Shown: piece by piece, positions 36,009 through 47,565 of the stretch
How the letters are laid out: each line of letters begins with the position of its first letter
How positions within the stretch are numbered: the stretch's first letter is position 1
NCBI GenBank assembly: GCA_051294375.1
Contig: CM119270.1
Span: 6,315,912-6,379,911, forward strand
Source of the DNA: Paraspadella gotoi
Lineage: Eukaryota > Animalia > Chaetognatha
Length of the DNA stretch: 64,000 nucleotides
Direction of reading: 5' to 3'
Translations under genes and position numbers: made by a program
The notes under the pieces: generated by a model
Told to the model about the DNA's origin: nothing
What the model saw: the letters and a program-made list of their open reading frames with translations, nothing else
Database searches by the model: none

Positions 36009-36041
36009 TTGTGGCGACGACGTTTTCGTCGCTACTGATCT

Positions 36042-36132
<91 letters not shown>

Positions 36133-36219
36133 TGATCAGTAGCCTGCTTTCCGAGCGACCACCGAACAGAGTGGCCAACTGGGGTCAAATCCTTGGCGAC
36201 GAAAACGTCGTCGCCACAA
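36009..36219. mobile_element. MITE with 26-bp terminal inverted repeats, TA flanks and an internal (CT)n tract
   Basis: ta|ttgtggcgacgacgttttcgtcgcta ... tggcgacgaaaacgtcgtcgccacaa|ta, with one mismatch. Confidence 0.75.
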
Positions 36220-36464
36220 TATTTCCCTATTACAATTACTGTATTATGTTTGATCGTTCATGAACGTGATTAAGTAATGTATTCTAGTCGTTCTACCCTG
36301 TGTTATTAGCAATGTAGCTTTAAAAAGTACAACAAATCCAATCCTTGTAAATCAAATCGTTGTGTACAATGTTCGAATACAATAATAAAAATTTCTTGAA
36401 ATGTTTCCAATCTATTTTATTTTTTAGACCTTTGCGTAATTAGACTCTTTAACTAAGAGGTGGC

Positions 36465-36580
36465 TGTTTGCCGCGAGTACTCGCGGGGCAACTCTATAAG
36501 TCACTCTTCGGTCAGTCTGTCGGTTGGTCGGTCGGTCTGTGGGTTGGTATGTCTGTCCGTCGGTCTGTCCCACTTACGTT
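36465..36580 (+). mobile_element. Helentron/DINE-1 (HINE)-like non-autonomous element end
   Basis: Hairpin ccgcgagtactcgcgg, then actctataagtcact and a degenerate (GTCN)n tract. A related end in opposite orientation lies at about 41258-41322 (agtgaattatagagtcggaatctgct...agcagatccgactaaaa), and a weaker one at about 32860-32920. Confidence 0.4.
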
Positions 36581-37464
36581 AAAAATATACATAATTTGCC
36601 TATAGTTAGTTGCTCATTTGTTAGGACAGAAAAAAACATCAAAGGGACTGCTAGCGCCGCCTTTAGGAAATTCTAAACTATAAAGAATAAAAGACGGAAT
36701 TCCGATGCAGTGAGTGTCATAAATACAAAGGCTAAGAAAGCTATTGTAGTCATGTAGTCATGTCACGTCATGTCATGTCACGAGAAATTTAGCTGTAATC
36801 TATTTCCAAAAGTTAACAGTTAATCACAGTTAATTCCTTATTGAATAAGAACTTAGCCTTGTGAGGAGAATGTCACTTTCTTCAGGAACTGTTAAGACCG
36901 TAACAACAGGTCTCTATCATTAAAAATGAGTACCATCGGAGACCACAGACCACAGACCACAGCTTGCTCTAAAGCTACCCGATTAGGTGTGGTTAGCGGC
37001 AATTGCTGTATGGCCACAAGTTTTCTTTCTACTATAAAAATTAGAAAAAAATATTTGTTTTATTATATATATATTAAAATTTATAACTATGTAAAGTTAA
37101 ACATATTTTAAAACAATTGAAATTATTTTATAAAGGGGAAAGGGATGTTAGGGTTGTCTTCTGGAAATAAAAGGAACAGGTTAAAAATAGAACAGAACAG
37201 AAAGGGGTTGAGTGGAGAATTTGTCTATGTTATGTGTGATTTGTTATTGATATAGGATAAAAATTTTTAAAAAAGGCGACCGTACCTATATAATAAAACT
37301 ATTTTAGATATATTATAATTTGATTTTTATGTCATTACTACAAAAACAGTTTTATAAATCCGTTTATGGCATATTATTAACGGGTATTTCGGGAAATTGT
37401 TTTTCCTAGTATATTTTTTAGAACTATCGATATTGAAGACAAAACTAAAAAGATTAAAAATAAT

Positions 37465-37514
<50 letters not shown>

Positions 37515-37516
37515 AA

Positions 37517-37551
<35 letters not shown>

Positions 37552-37960
37552 CCTATCTCTCTTTCTCTCTTCAAATCCGTGATTCATAATTTTATTTTTA
37601 GTTTTCCTCTTCTTTTTGGTTTACTTCCTGATCAAGTCAATATTCAGAACCTGGCAAATTAAAATTTTAACGCCAACGCTTTTTCAAAAAAAACTGTTTT
37701 AAATAGTTTACATTTTGGTAAGCCCTTCATTTTTATTTATTAACTCTTTAACCCATTCATTAATTCATGCAACCATTCTGGGCTAGCAAAGGCTCACGAA
37801 AGATTGTGTTGCTTGGCCAAGCTGGTGGAGAAAACAAAGATTCTTTACATTTTCTGTATTTGGGACATAACAAATTAATTCAGATCACATCCTGCAGTCA
37901 GTCTGATAAAAGCACTTTTCATAAATCTACTGCCTCATCTTTTTCAGACCCTTCCTCGAA

Positions 37961-38782
37961 ATGTCTTTCGCCAGCCTTCAGAGTTCTCAGAGTTCGAAAA
38001 GTTCAAAAAGTTCACAGAGCTCAAGCTCATTATGCAACAGCTGGCTAAACGAAGGACATGAATGGACAGCAAAGATTTTCACTTATATTTACGAAGATGA
38101 CGACGATGACGGTGAAATAGTTTCACGACTGACAAACAATAAGGAGAAGATTCTTCATACTTTACACTCGGTAAAAAGCAATATTTAAGTGCATTTACTT
38201 ACTACTTAGGAACTGTAACATTCGCTAGATGCTGTTGTCGTTTTAAGTATTTTTTACATAATTCGATTTTCTAAGATGCACCAAGTAATTTTCCGATATA
38301 TATGATAATGGGACGGACCGACAGAGCGACAAAGCAGATTAAATTTAGTCGGAGTCGGCTGTTACACAAAAAAAGTTCCATTGAATGTGCGATATATTGA
38401 CAACTAGGCCGGAACAGGTTGAAAACTAGAAGTTCTCTCAAAAAACAAAAAAAACCCAAAAAAAATCAATTTAGCTTATGGATTAGCGGACGGAAGCATT
38501 TAAAGATTATTTTATTACTATATAAAGTTTAAATTTTTTTTAAAAAAAGGGAAAAAATTTTACTAATTGTAATCATAATTCTTTTTTTTTTTGGTTTAAC
38601 AGTTAAAAAACTGGGACATCGTCGGAGTGGAAATCTTTGCTAGTGAAATTCCCAATGCGACTTCCTTCATCAGGGGTCTTGAATTTTTCGCCTATGCTAC
38701 AGGAGGCGCTGTCGCATTGCCCGGCTTAGGATCTGTTGTGTTGTCTAAATTGATTAGTTCAACGTATGTCTTACATTAGATC

Positions 38783-38832
<50 letters not shown>

Positions 38833-38835
38833 TCT

Positions 38836-38885
<50 letters not shown>

Positions 38886-41125
38886 TAGTATTAAATTCGC
38901 CAAAAAATCGATACATAATTTTTATTTTCTCACTTTAAGCCTCCAATGAGATCATGGAAGAGGAAATTCCAAATTGGTTCACATATTTCTATGCGAAAAG
39001 AGAAGCGAAAGCAAACAAATGGATACATCACGATTTTGTCATCATGACAATTCGTTGTGTCGACGACTCAATCAAATTTTGTTCCTTGGAAAAGTTTAAC
39101 ACTGGTCTGGTTTTACAAATCTCCGGGTCAAAGCAGAAATTGCTTTCTACAGTCGTAGGCGACGATAGGAGAGATAATGGTAAAAAAAAGGTTTTTCAAG
39201 TACCTCTGGAAACCGACTCTTCACAGCCATTCAAGTAAGTCGCATTATTTGACAAAAAAACTAGCGTTAAAAGAGAGAGCCAAACTTGTCTACAGTCATG
39301 TGCAAAAAAAATTCGCGCAACTTTATTTCAGACTTTAAAAAATTATAACTGAATTAAAGTTTATTGAAAGATGATAAGATGGCATGATTTTTATTAAAAT
39401 CGGGCTACTCATTTAGGAGCAGTGATTTTTTAAAATGAAGTACTCAACTGCAAAGCTGAACGTGAAAAAATCTGATAGATTTACGAATAATCTTTATTCT
39501 TCTGATATTTTGCGTTCCTTGTACTAGATTAGGAATAGCTAGATAACTGGTTTGCCCCAGATCCCTAAATAATTATTCACTTGACCAATTGAAATAAAAT
39601 TTAGATATATTGTTATTGATTTGATTTCTTTTTTAATAAATTTTATTTTTCTTATATAATTTTTTAAAAATATTTTTATAGAGAGTCTAGATTTTAAAGT
39701 TATAAAGTTGCACTCTTTTTTTGCACTTGCGAGTATTGGCCTGCGCGGAGAAAACATCGGGAATCCTAAAAAGGCCAATGTATGTTTTAATCGATAAAAA
39801 AAAAAAAAACAAGTTTGACCAAACAAAGTCGGATCTGCCTAGGATAATTTAGAGTTAATCAGCTAAACAGATGAAAATCACTACAATGCTTTGTGATCCC
39901 TACAGATCATAACAGATCATAACAAATCTATGAAAATATCTATAAATATCTATAAAAATCAATAATATTTTAAATATTTTGTTCCTTATTTTTACTTGCA
40001 TAATGCAACTTGTATAATTTTTTTAACCTGTATAATTGTTTCAACTTGCTTAATTTTTTCAACTTGCTTAATTTTTTAAACTGGTATAATTTTTTCAACT
40101 TGCATAATTTTTTTCATTTTGTATATTTTTTTCAACTTATATAATTTTTTATCTTGCATATCTTTTTTAACATACATACACCAACCGTTCATCAGCGGCC
40201 ATTGGTGCCGGAGGCAAGTCATTCGCCTCCCAGCCCAAAGGTCCGGGGTTCTAGCCCGGTGGTCGTCTGGCAGTTAAGAGGGATGGGGTGCTTAACCCGC
40301 CTGTAACATGGTGTTACAGCCTGATCCGAAGCTCAGGGACTGCTTATATTGAACGGTTCTGTCACTAACACATAACAATAATTACTGTCTCTTCAATATG
40401 TTTTTTAACTTTCATTAAGTGATTTACAATCAGCCAATCTATCAATTTTTCTGAGAGAGAGAGAGAAAAACTATAAAATTTTAAAAAATAATTCAAGTAA
40501 AAGTAACATTTGTTTTCTTCCATTTAAACTCATTTCTACTCGCACGATTCCATTAAAACTTTACCATTATAAAAAAAAACTGTTGCGGTAACTTTCCAGA
40601 TATTTTTTAGCATTTTAATGTAAGAATCGAAAAATAAAATTTATATATCAAGAAACTTTGGCCATTTGTGATTTATTTGAGCTGTGTCTCATTTTTTACA
40701 ACAAAAAATACAAAAGTTCCATGCAAAAGAAAAATAGTTCCTTCTTTTACTTTTTTTACTTATATTATTGTTAATATTATATCTCTGACATGATATCCTC
40801 TATCAGATTTGGAGCAAAAGATGGTCCTTGGCAAGCAGTGAAAAAGATTGATCCCCTATAAAGTAAACAAGGCTTGAGTTGTTTCTGCTTAATGTGATGA
40901 TGCATTGTCTTTCATTTCAACAAAATTTTTATTTTTTATTTTTTTGGACTTGTTTGATATTTGATTCTGATAATACATCCAGAGGTAAATAAAAATAATA
41001 ATTTTGCTCACAGAAAAGTTACTCAGAGCCTTATAACTTTTATTGATATTTTAAAATATAAAAAGAATATTCTGGAGCATCTACAGCATCAATGTATTTT
41101 TAATACCGCTCTTTTTTTGCCATAT

Positions 41126-41172
<47 letters not shown>

Positions 41173-42300
41173 GGACATATTTTATTTTCATGATTTATCA
41201 TAGTAATTTGATATTCTGACATGATTTAAGTGATTTTCCGACAAGATTTAGGGGTGGGACCGATGGACCTACAAAGTGAATTATAGAGTCGGAATCTGCT
41301 GATAAGCAGATCCGACTAAAAACAGCATTTTTTGAGACTCAAAAAGGGATTAAGTTGTTAGCTTATCACATAATTTGATTTTTATCTGACTTTGAGTAGA
41401 AACCAACTCCAGAGATAATATAAAATTTAGACTATTAGCAAAGTATTTTTAGTTGTCTTGACTAAATATTTAAGCAATCATTTTCAAAAAAAATTACATT
41501 ATACGTCTTGATGAATACATTAAATATTACTTATTAGAAATATAATTACAGCTTTTAAAAATTCTTACGTTTTCTATATGAAAATATAAAAAACTAATAA
41601 AATCATCGAAAGATGATGATGAATTGATGATGATTTTTTACGGTTTTTCTTATTTTTGACCCAATTATCATGAAAATATTTAAAAAGGAATTATACTTTG
41701 TGCAGACAACTTTTTATGAGCTATCTGAATCTGGTCTTAAAATTTAAAAATTATCAAAACAAATTTAGGCCTTTCCCATGTATAAATAAATATTAAAAAA
41801 ATATTTTTTTGGGGTATAGAGCCACATAAGAAATGTTTTGTCCATTGAAAGTATACTTCAAAATGTATAAATTTTTGTTTGAGCATGTAATCATTCTAAA
41901 TTTTTGACTCACCCCATTGAGTGGGGCTACCGGCTATCCCTACGTTGAGAGAGAGAGCCAAAACTGGCTAGTCGATCGTCGGGGGTATCTTCCACAGTCC
42001 ACAATCTTTATATTTGTTGACGAGCAGATCCATGCCAATTGATGAAGGAATTCTTTTAATGTGCTATTATTTCTTTAAAAAAGGCTGAAAGATCTTGTGG
42101 ACTGGATCTTTGAGAACAAAGAATTGGACAAAAAATATGTTGGTCTTCCGGCGGCGATGGGCGGCGATCACTGCCAACACTTTGCCGAGCGCGTCTTCAA
42201 CCACGTGGCCGTTAAAAAGAAGTATCCGACTGCGGAGAAAACAGAGGACAAGATTTTCGAGAGTTTGATGAAAGAATTGACGAAAGAGAAGGATAAGTAA
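37961..42300 (+). CDS. Permuted papain-like (PPPDE/LRAT/NlpC-P60 superfamily) domain protein. Exons 37961-38170, 38603-38763, 38940-39234, 42084-42300
   Basis: GT-AG exons. The peptide WIHHDFVIMTI...CSLEKFNTGLVLQIS...KLKDLVDWIFENKELDKKY...DHCQHFAERVFNHVA has the His-first, Cys-last order and the Y...(N/H)CQHFA motif typical of permuted papain-like thiol enzymes. There is a 1-nt phase mismatch at the exon 2/3 junction (probable indel). Confidence 0.7.
39293..39733. mobile_element. Degenerate Tc1/mariner-like non-autonomous element
   Basis: The left end ta|cagtcatgtgcaaaaaaaattcgcgcaactttat resembles the reverse complement of the right end, ta|ctcgcaagtgcaaaaaaagagtgcaactttat. TA flanks; no ORF. 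Confidence 0.5.
39990..40170. repeat. Minisatellite of about 20 bp (ttttttcaacttgcataatt-like), about 9 degenerate copies
   Basis: Visible periodic repetition of aact(t/g)g(c/t)(a/t)taatttttt. Confidence 0.75.
40183..40375 (+). mobile_element. tRNA-derived SINE-like element (tRNA-like head at 40195-40266, possibly Gly-CCC-derived)
   Basis: A-box-like tggtgccggagg, B-box-like ggttctagccc, acceptor-like pairing gcggcca/tggtcgt and loop ctcccag with a broken anticodon stem. A GC-richer body with hairpins follows, in an AT-rich intron. Confidence 0.6.
41258..41322 (-). mobile_element. HINE/DINE-1-like element end with hairpin
   Basis: Near-perfect hairpin agtcgg(a)atctgct-gata-agcagatccgact next to tatagag and a poly-A end; (GACA)n tract at 41127-41175. 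Confidence 0.4.
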
Positions 42301-43513
42301 AAGAAGACAAAGAAAATTTGGCATTTTTGCCGAAATTTTTAATACATCTGGAAAAGAAATTTGGATTTTTAGTATTTTTAAAAGAATATTTTATTAACTT
42401 TTATAAAATATTATAAGGAATGAAATACCGAAATGTTAGTTCCATACCAAACAGGAATACAGTTAATAATGTAAGATTATGAATGAACACAATATTTTTA
42501 GGGTTTTTTTTGTTTTTGTTTTGCTTTTGGTGATATTTTTTCTGCTTTTGGTTGTCAAATTTATTTTTTTCCCTTTTCCTCTTTGTTTTGATTTCCTTTC
42601 CTGATTTATAATCAAAAGTCACAGTCAAGCAGCTTAAATGTATCAGATAAAAAACGTCGAGTGGCAATAAAAACCAATATTTTGATCCCCGATTCCCGAT
42701 TCTTGACATTTTAATATAATTCAGGTTATTTTGTCAGCGGTTATTGTTTTTGTTTTTTAAATTAACATAACATAACATAACATCCTCGTTTTTTTCCTGG
42801 TTCTTTTTATTCGTCATTTTCGTTCGTTCATCCAATTTTCCAATTATACGTAATTATCATTAGTATTTTTTACTTAAAAGTTATATGCGTATAAGATTTA
42901 TTTTCATTGTGAAAAATACTGTGCTAAGTACAAAAGTTTGTTTTTCATATATTTCGGCATAAATTTCTATGCCATCATCAATTGTTATATGAGTTTTCAA
43001 TACGAAACATATTGCTGACAGCAATAAGGTATGTATGCAAAATGTACCCTGGAAAAAATCAGAAAAATAAAGACTAAAGACTAGAAAAATAATCGCGGGA
43101 AAATTATTTAAAAATTATCACAGTTGCTTAAATTTTCTTATGCTTTGCAATTTGGTGTCGGTGAAGAATATGTATTGTTATCAATCAATAAACTATTTTT
43201 TAAAGATTTTGGGTAAAACTGACCATCATCTGTAATCTAAAAGAGAAAACATTGGTGTTGATTAGGAAATAAATTGTAAACAAACTCAAACTCAAAAATT
43301 AAAGATGGGGAATCTTTAACAACAACAACGACGACGAAGATCGTCTCGAATCTCGCTTCTTTCTTGCCGGACGTTTCGGTCCGACGGATAAATATGACCA
43401 CCTGAAAAGCCAGCTGTTTCACTCTCTCTCACTCTCTCTCTCTCCTCTCTCTCTCTCTCATCATCTCTCATCTCTCTCTCTCTCATCTCTCTCTCTCTCT
43501 CCTCTCTCTCTCG

Positions 43514-43546
<33 letters not shown>

Positions 43547-43693
43547 GTCAGCTGATTTTTCTTCCCCCCCTTGTCCCAGTTTTCGTGTTGTTTTCGTTTG
43601 TTTCATTTGTTTTTAATTTGTTTTTATTTGTGTACGCGTCTCTCGTGTGGTGGAGACGGTGGCCGACTGAACATCGGCCGCATAAATAGAGAG

Positions 43694-43765
<72 letters not shown>

Positions 43766-44361
43766 AGAGAGAGAGGGAGAGGAGAGAGAGTTTAAAACCG
43801 ATATTACCGTCACGTTTAAGCGCAAGAAATAATTTTCGGGGAGATAAGAATTTCGATTTTTTTTTACTTTGAGGACGACACTTATTTTAAATATTGTTTA
43901 AATCTATTGAGCTTATTATCAATATATTACGAATTTTATTGGTGACAAAGTAAGAAAGCAAGTTAGATGATATGAATGAATGAATAGAAAAGGAAAGAAA
44001 AGAAAGTAAGTAAAAGTTCGTCGCTTCTTTTCTCCGTTTAAAATTTTGAATTGAAAAGTAAATTTCATCTCTCAAGTTGGGACGAGGTTCGTGTGAACTC
44101 CAAAACATCAAATCACGTGATCAAAAAATCGTCATGAAAAGGAGTTTGACAATTGAAAAAACTTCTTCCTTTAATAATCTTATGTTTGCCACTATTTTAA
44201 GAATAACTGGCGGATATGAGCCTGTCTACATGGAAATTTGAAAGCTCAAACGATGTCAATAAGAATAAGAAACAATAATTTTGTTGTTCTTGTAATTTTC
44301 GCACACAATTTTCTCTACAATATTCTCTTCCTCATTACATTAATTTCCTTTTTTTCTCGGC

Positions 44362-47300
44362 TCAACGTCCGAAGCATCGACTCTCCCTCCTCCTCTTCCT
44401 CTTCCTCCTATCGAACTTCTCATACACAGCACCTCCTTCCCATTCTTCAGCCTTCCACTTTCCCTCCACCACGAACGTTGAAGGGGCTCGTGATCCAGTG
44501 CCAATTCTCCTTCGGCGCCTTCCACTCATTGGCGCCGTACTCCCGCTTTGATTAGCGACGCGGGATCGCAAGGGACGTAGACTCTGTAGCCGAGGAGATC
44601 GGCGCTGCAGACGCGGGTGAAGAAGGGATAGAGACTGTGACCCTGAAGGGGAGTTGAATGGGAGTGAGGAAGAGTGGGTGAGAGAAGGAAACAATAGAAG
44701 CGACATTCACGGTGTGGAAGTCCATGTGACAACTCAAAATACCAAAAGCAAATCGGATCGGAGACTCGGGCGATCTCCGCGGAAATGGAATCGCCGAATC
44801 CTGATTGGTCAAGCATGGAACCGGAATCATTGAAATTGTAAAATCTACCCCACGTCGCCGATCCTCTCTCTTAGATATTAAATAGACCGAGCTTGTTTTA
44901 GTTTCAGTAGAATTGATCAAGACCTGCTGCGTGTGTCTCGCCGTCACCCTTTATTCTCAGAAATATAACCTCGGTTGATTTCATGAAATCCATGAGTAAT
45001 TCTTAAATGTGGTGGGCAGCGGTGGGATTTCGAACCCACGCCTCCAAAGAGACTGGTCATTTCACCCTCGAAATCCATGAGATGATAGGAAACATATGAA
45101 CATTATAAAAATTCTCAAGGTAAATCATCATTTCTTTCAAACATTAACTACTTAAAAAGTCAGACAAACAGACATATTGACCGAGTCACCAATAGACAGT
45201 ATTTTTTAATGATTCACAGATGAGATTAAACGTTTTTTGTTTTTTTTACTTGGGACAACAATCGCAAAAATGAAGACAACGATTCTTTCGAAATAAAAAA
45301 AAGGTTTTCGTATAAAATCGATAAAAGTCGCTAATAAAAACGGTCGTTGTTCGTCGTAGTTGTCGTCGTTGTCGTCGTAGTTGTCGTCGTTGTTGTCATA
45401 GCCGAATTACCTTCTTATAATTAATAAACGTCTTGCCCCGTTCCACAGATACTTGACTCCTACGCCAGAGGGCACGGCGTCGTTGGGCGGAGGATTTTCG
45501 TCTTCGTAGAGAAAAAAGACGTCGATTCTTTGAGCGTCGCCGCCGATGAGAGTGAATTCGAGGCTGTCGGAGGCGTGGCCATATTTGCGATGGAGACGAA
45601 GGACTGGAGGTGGGGAGGGAGTTTGGGGGGGGGAAAGGGGGGGAAGGAGAGAAGGATTAAATGGAAGGAGGGGGAAATTATTAAAGGAAATTAATGGGGG
45701 AAAAGATATGAGAATATCACGACGTTTGTTATGAAAAAAAAAATAAGAAAGATGTGAGAAAGAATAATTTATAGGGAAAAGATAGAAAGACAAGGAAGAA
45801 AGAACCATCGGAATCAAAGAAAGGATAAAAAGGATAAAAAAAAAAAAAAAACAACTAAAGTTTACAAAGAAATAGAGAGAACTTTCATTGGGAAGAAGGA
45901 AGAAAAAAAAAAGAAAAAAAATAGGAAATATTACCAGAGTTCTCCTTACCTCTGTCACTCACCTTTATCCTTGTTCACGAAATAATCCTTCATCCATTCC
46001 CTATACCCTCCAGCGAACAACGCGGTGTCGGCGTCGTTGTGTGGCGATGATGGCACACTCGCGCCACCACCCCAGAAGGATCCGGACCACAGCCAGTTGA
46101 AGAGGCCCCACGAAGCGAACACCTTTCTGAAAAGCGTCAAGAGTTGCTCTTTTTTATTTATGTTCCAAGCTTTTTCAAATTCATTTCAACTACTGTATTC
46201 CCTCGCCTGATGTGGACGAGGCTTTTCATAAATGTTTTGGCTCGAATATTCGCTTTTTCTTCGTTTCCGTAATTTTTGTGAAAACTCTCTGTAGAACAAA
46301 GAAATTATGTATATCAAAGTACGAAAAAAGGTGAAAATCAATGATGATTGTGACCCATAAATTCCCATAATAATGAGACCTGACGTTGTCGAAATTGCAT
46401 TCCAAAAACCTAGCAGCTTGGTTTCTCCATAGAAAGTTAGTTTGGTTTTAGGCACCCAAGACTGGCTTCTCTCTAAGAAAGATAAAAAAAAAAAGTTTGA
46501 AAAACTTTAAGAATATTAAATAATCGAATAATAAAAAGGTTTTTAAGTAATTTTCTTTTCTTCCAAAAAAAAAAAAACCGGACTCTTCTGATACGGTTTT
46601 GGAATTTGGAAAAAGCCTTCGCGACGCGTTTCCCGCCAAAAGACGGAATCCACAAATAACCGTCGTCGACGTCGTCTCTTTTCCCTCTGTCGAACGCGAA
46701 TGGAAACGAAGAGGAAAGATCCGTCGGAGAATCTGACAAAGGCAATCGAGAACAACTTGTAATAAGAAGTTCTATGCAGTTGCTGATGTTGCGTTTTTTA
46801 ACAAATTATTATGAAACGTGTACAATGTAGAGATTGAATATTGAGACTAAAAGAGGGAGGGCGTTTTAACAAGTAGAAGAGAGAGTGTAGAAAGAGAAAG
46901 AGACAGGCAGTTACCGCTTGTCTTCCGATCGCTTAACTCAATGACCACCGGCATTGACCCGTTTCCTTGGAAACCCTCGTAACCACAATATAAGATAATT
47001 CGATATGTATTTTAGGTTTAATAGATGTATTATGGCAACAGCCCGAGGTTGCCTGTGATGCCCATTGGATGGGGCATCTCACTGTTGGCTTGGGGGCTTC
47101 CGACCCTCAGTGACGCCTCAGTCACTGACGCGGTTACCCAGGACGTTCTCGCTTTGCCACCCAGAGGGTCGTTAGATGTGGATGGAACACTATGCCTGGG
47201 ATGGTGTGTTCCCCCTCTGGGTCAATGGAATTGGCTGTAGGATTGATGGACGTGAGGCGGTTGTGAATATACCGCCACAGTATCAATAAAAATTACAAAC

Positions 47301-47533
47301 TTTTAAACTCAACTTTGTATAAACTATAAACTAAATGAAGCCTAACGTGGTTCCCTCAATCACGACAAGTACTCACCCAAATCGGAGCCCGTACAACAGG
47401 TTAGCTTTTGTTCGGCAAGAATCCTTCATTGTTCGCCGTTCTGAAGTCGGGACCCGCGATTCTTTCCACCTTCCAACCAGAGACGATTGTATTGTTTTTC
47501 TGTGAAATGAATAACGGGATTATTTTAATAAGG

Positions 47534-47565
<32 letters not shown>

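Noticed and set aside
40195-40266. Functional tRNA-Gly
   Set aside because: Anticodon and D stems do not pair properly and the T loop is non-canonical.
45010-45056. Functional tRNA-Leu gene, or primer-binding site of an intact LTR retrotransposon
   Set aside because: No D arm or 5' half, and no LTR pair or gag-pol ORF nearby.
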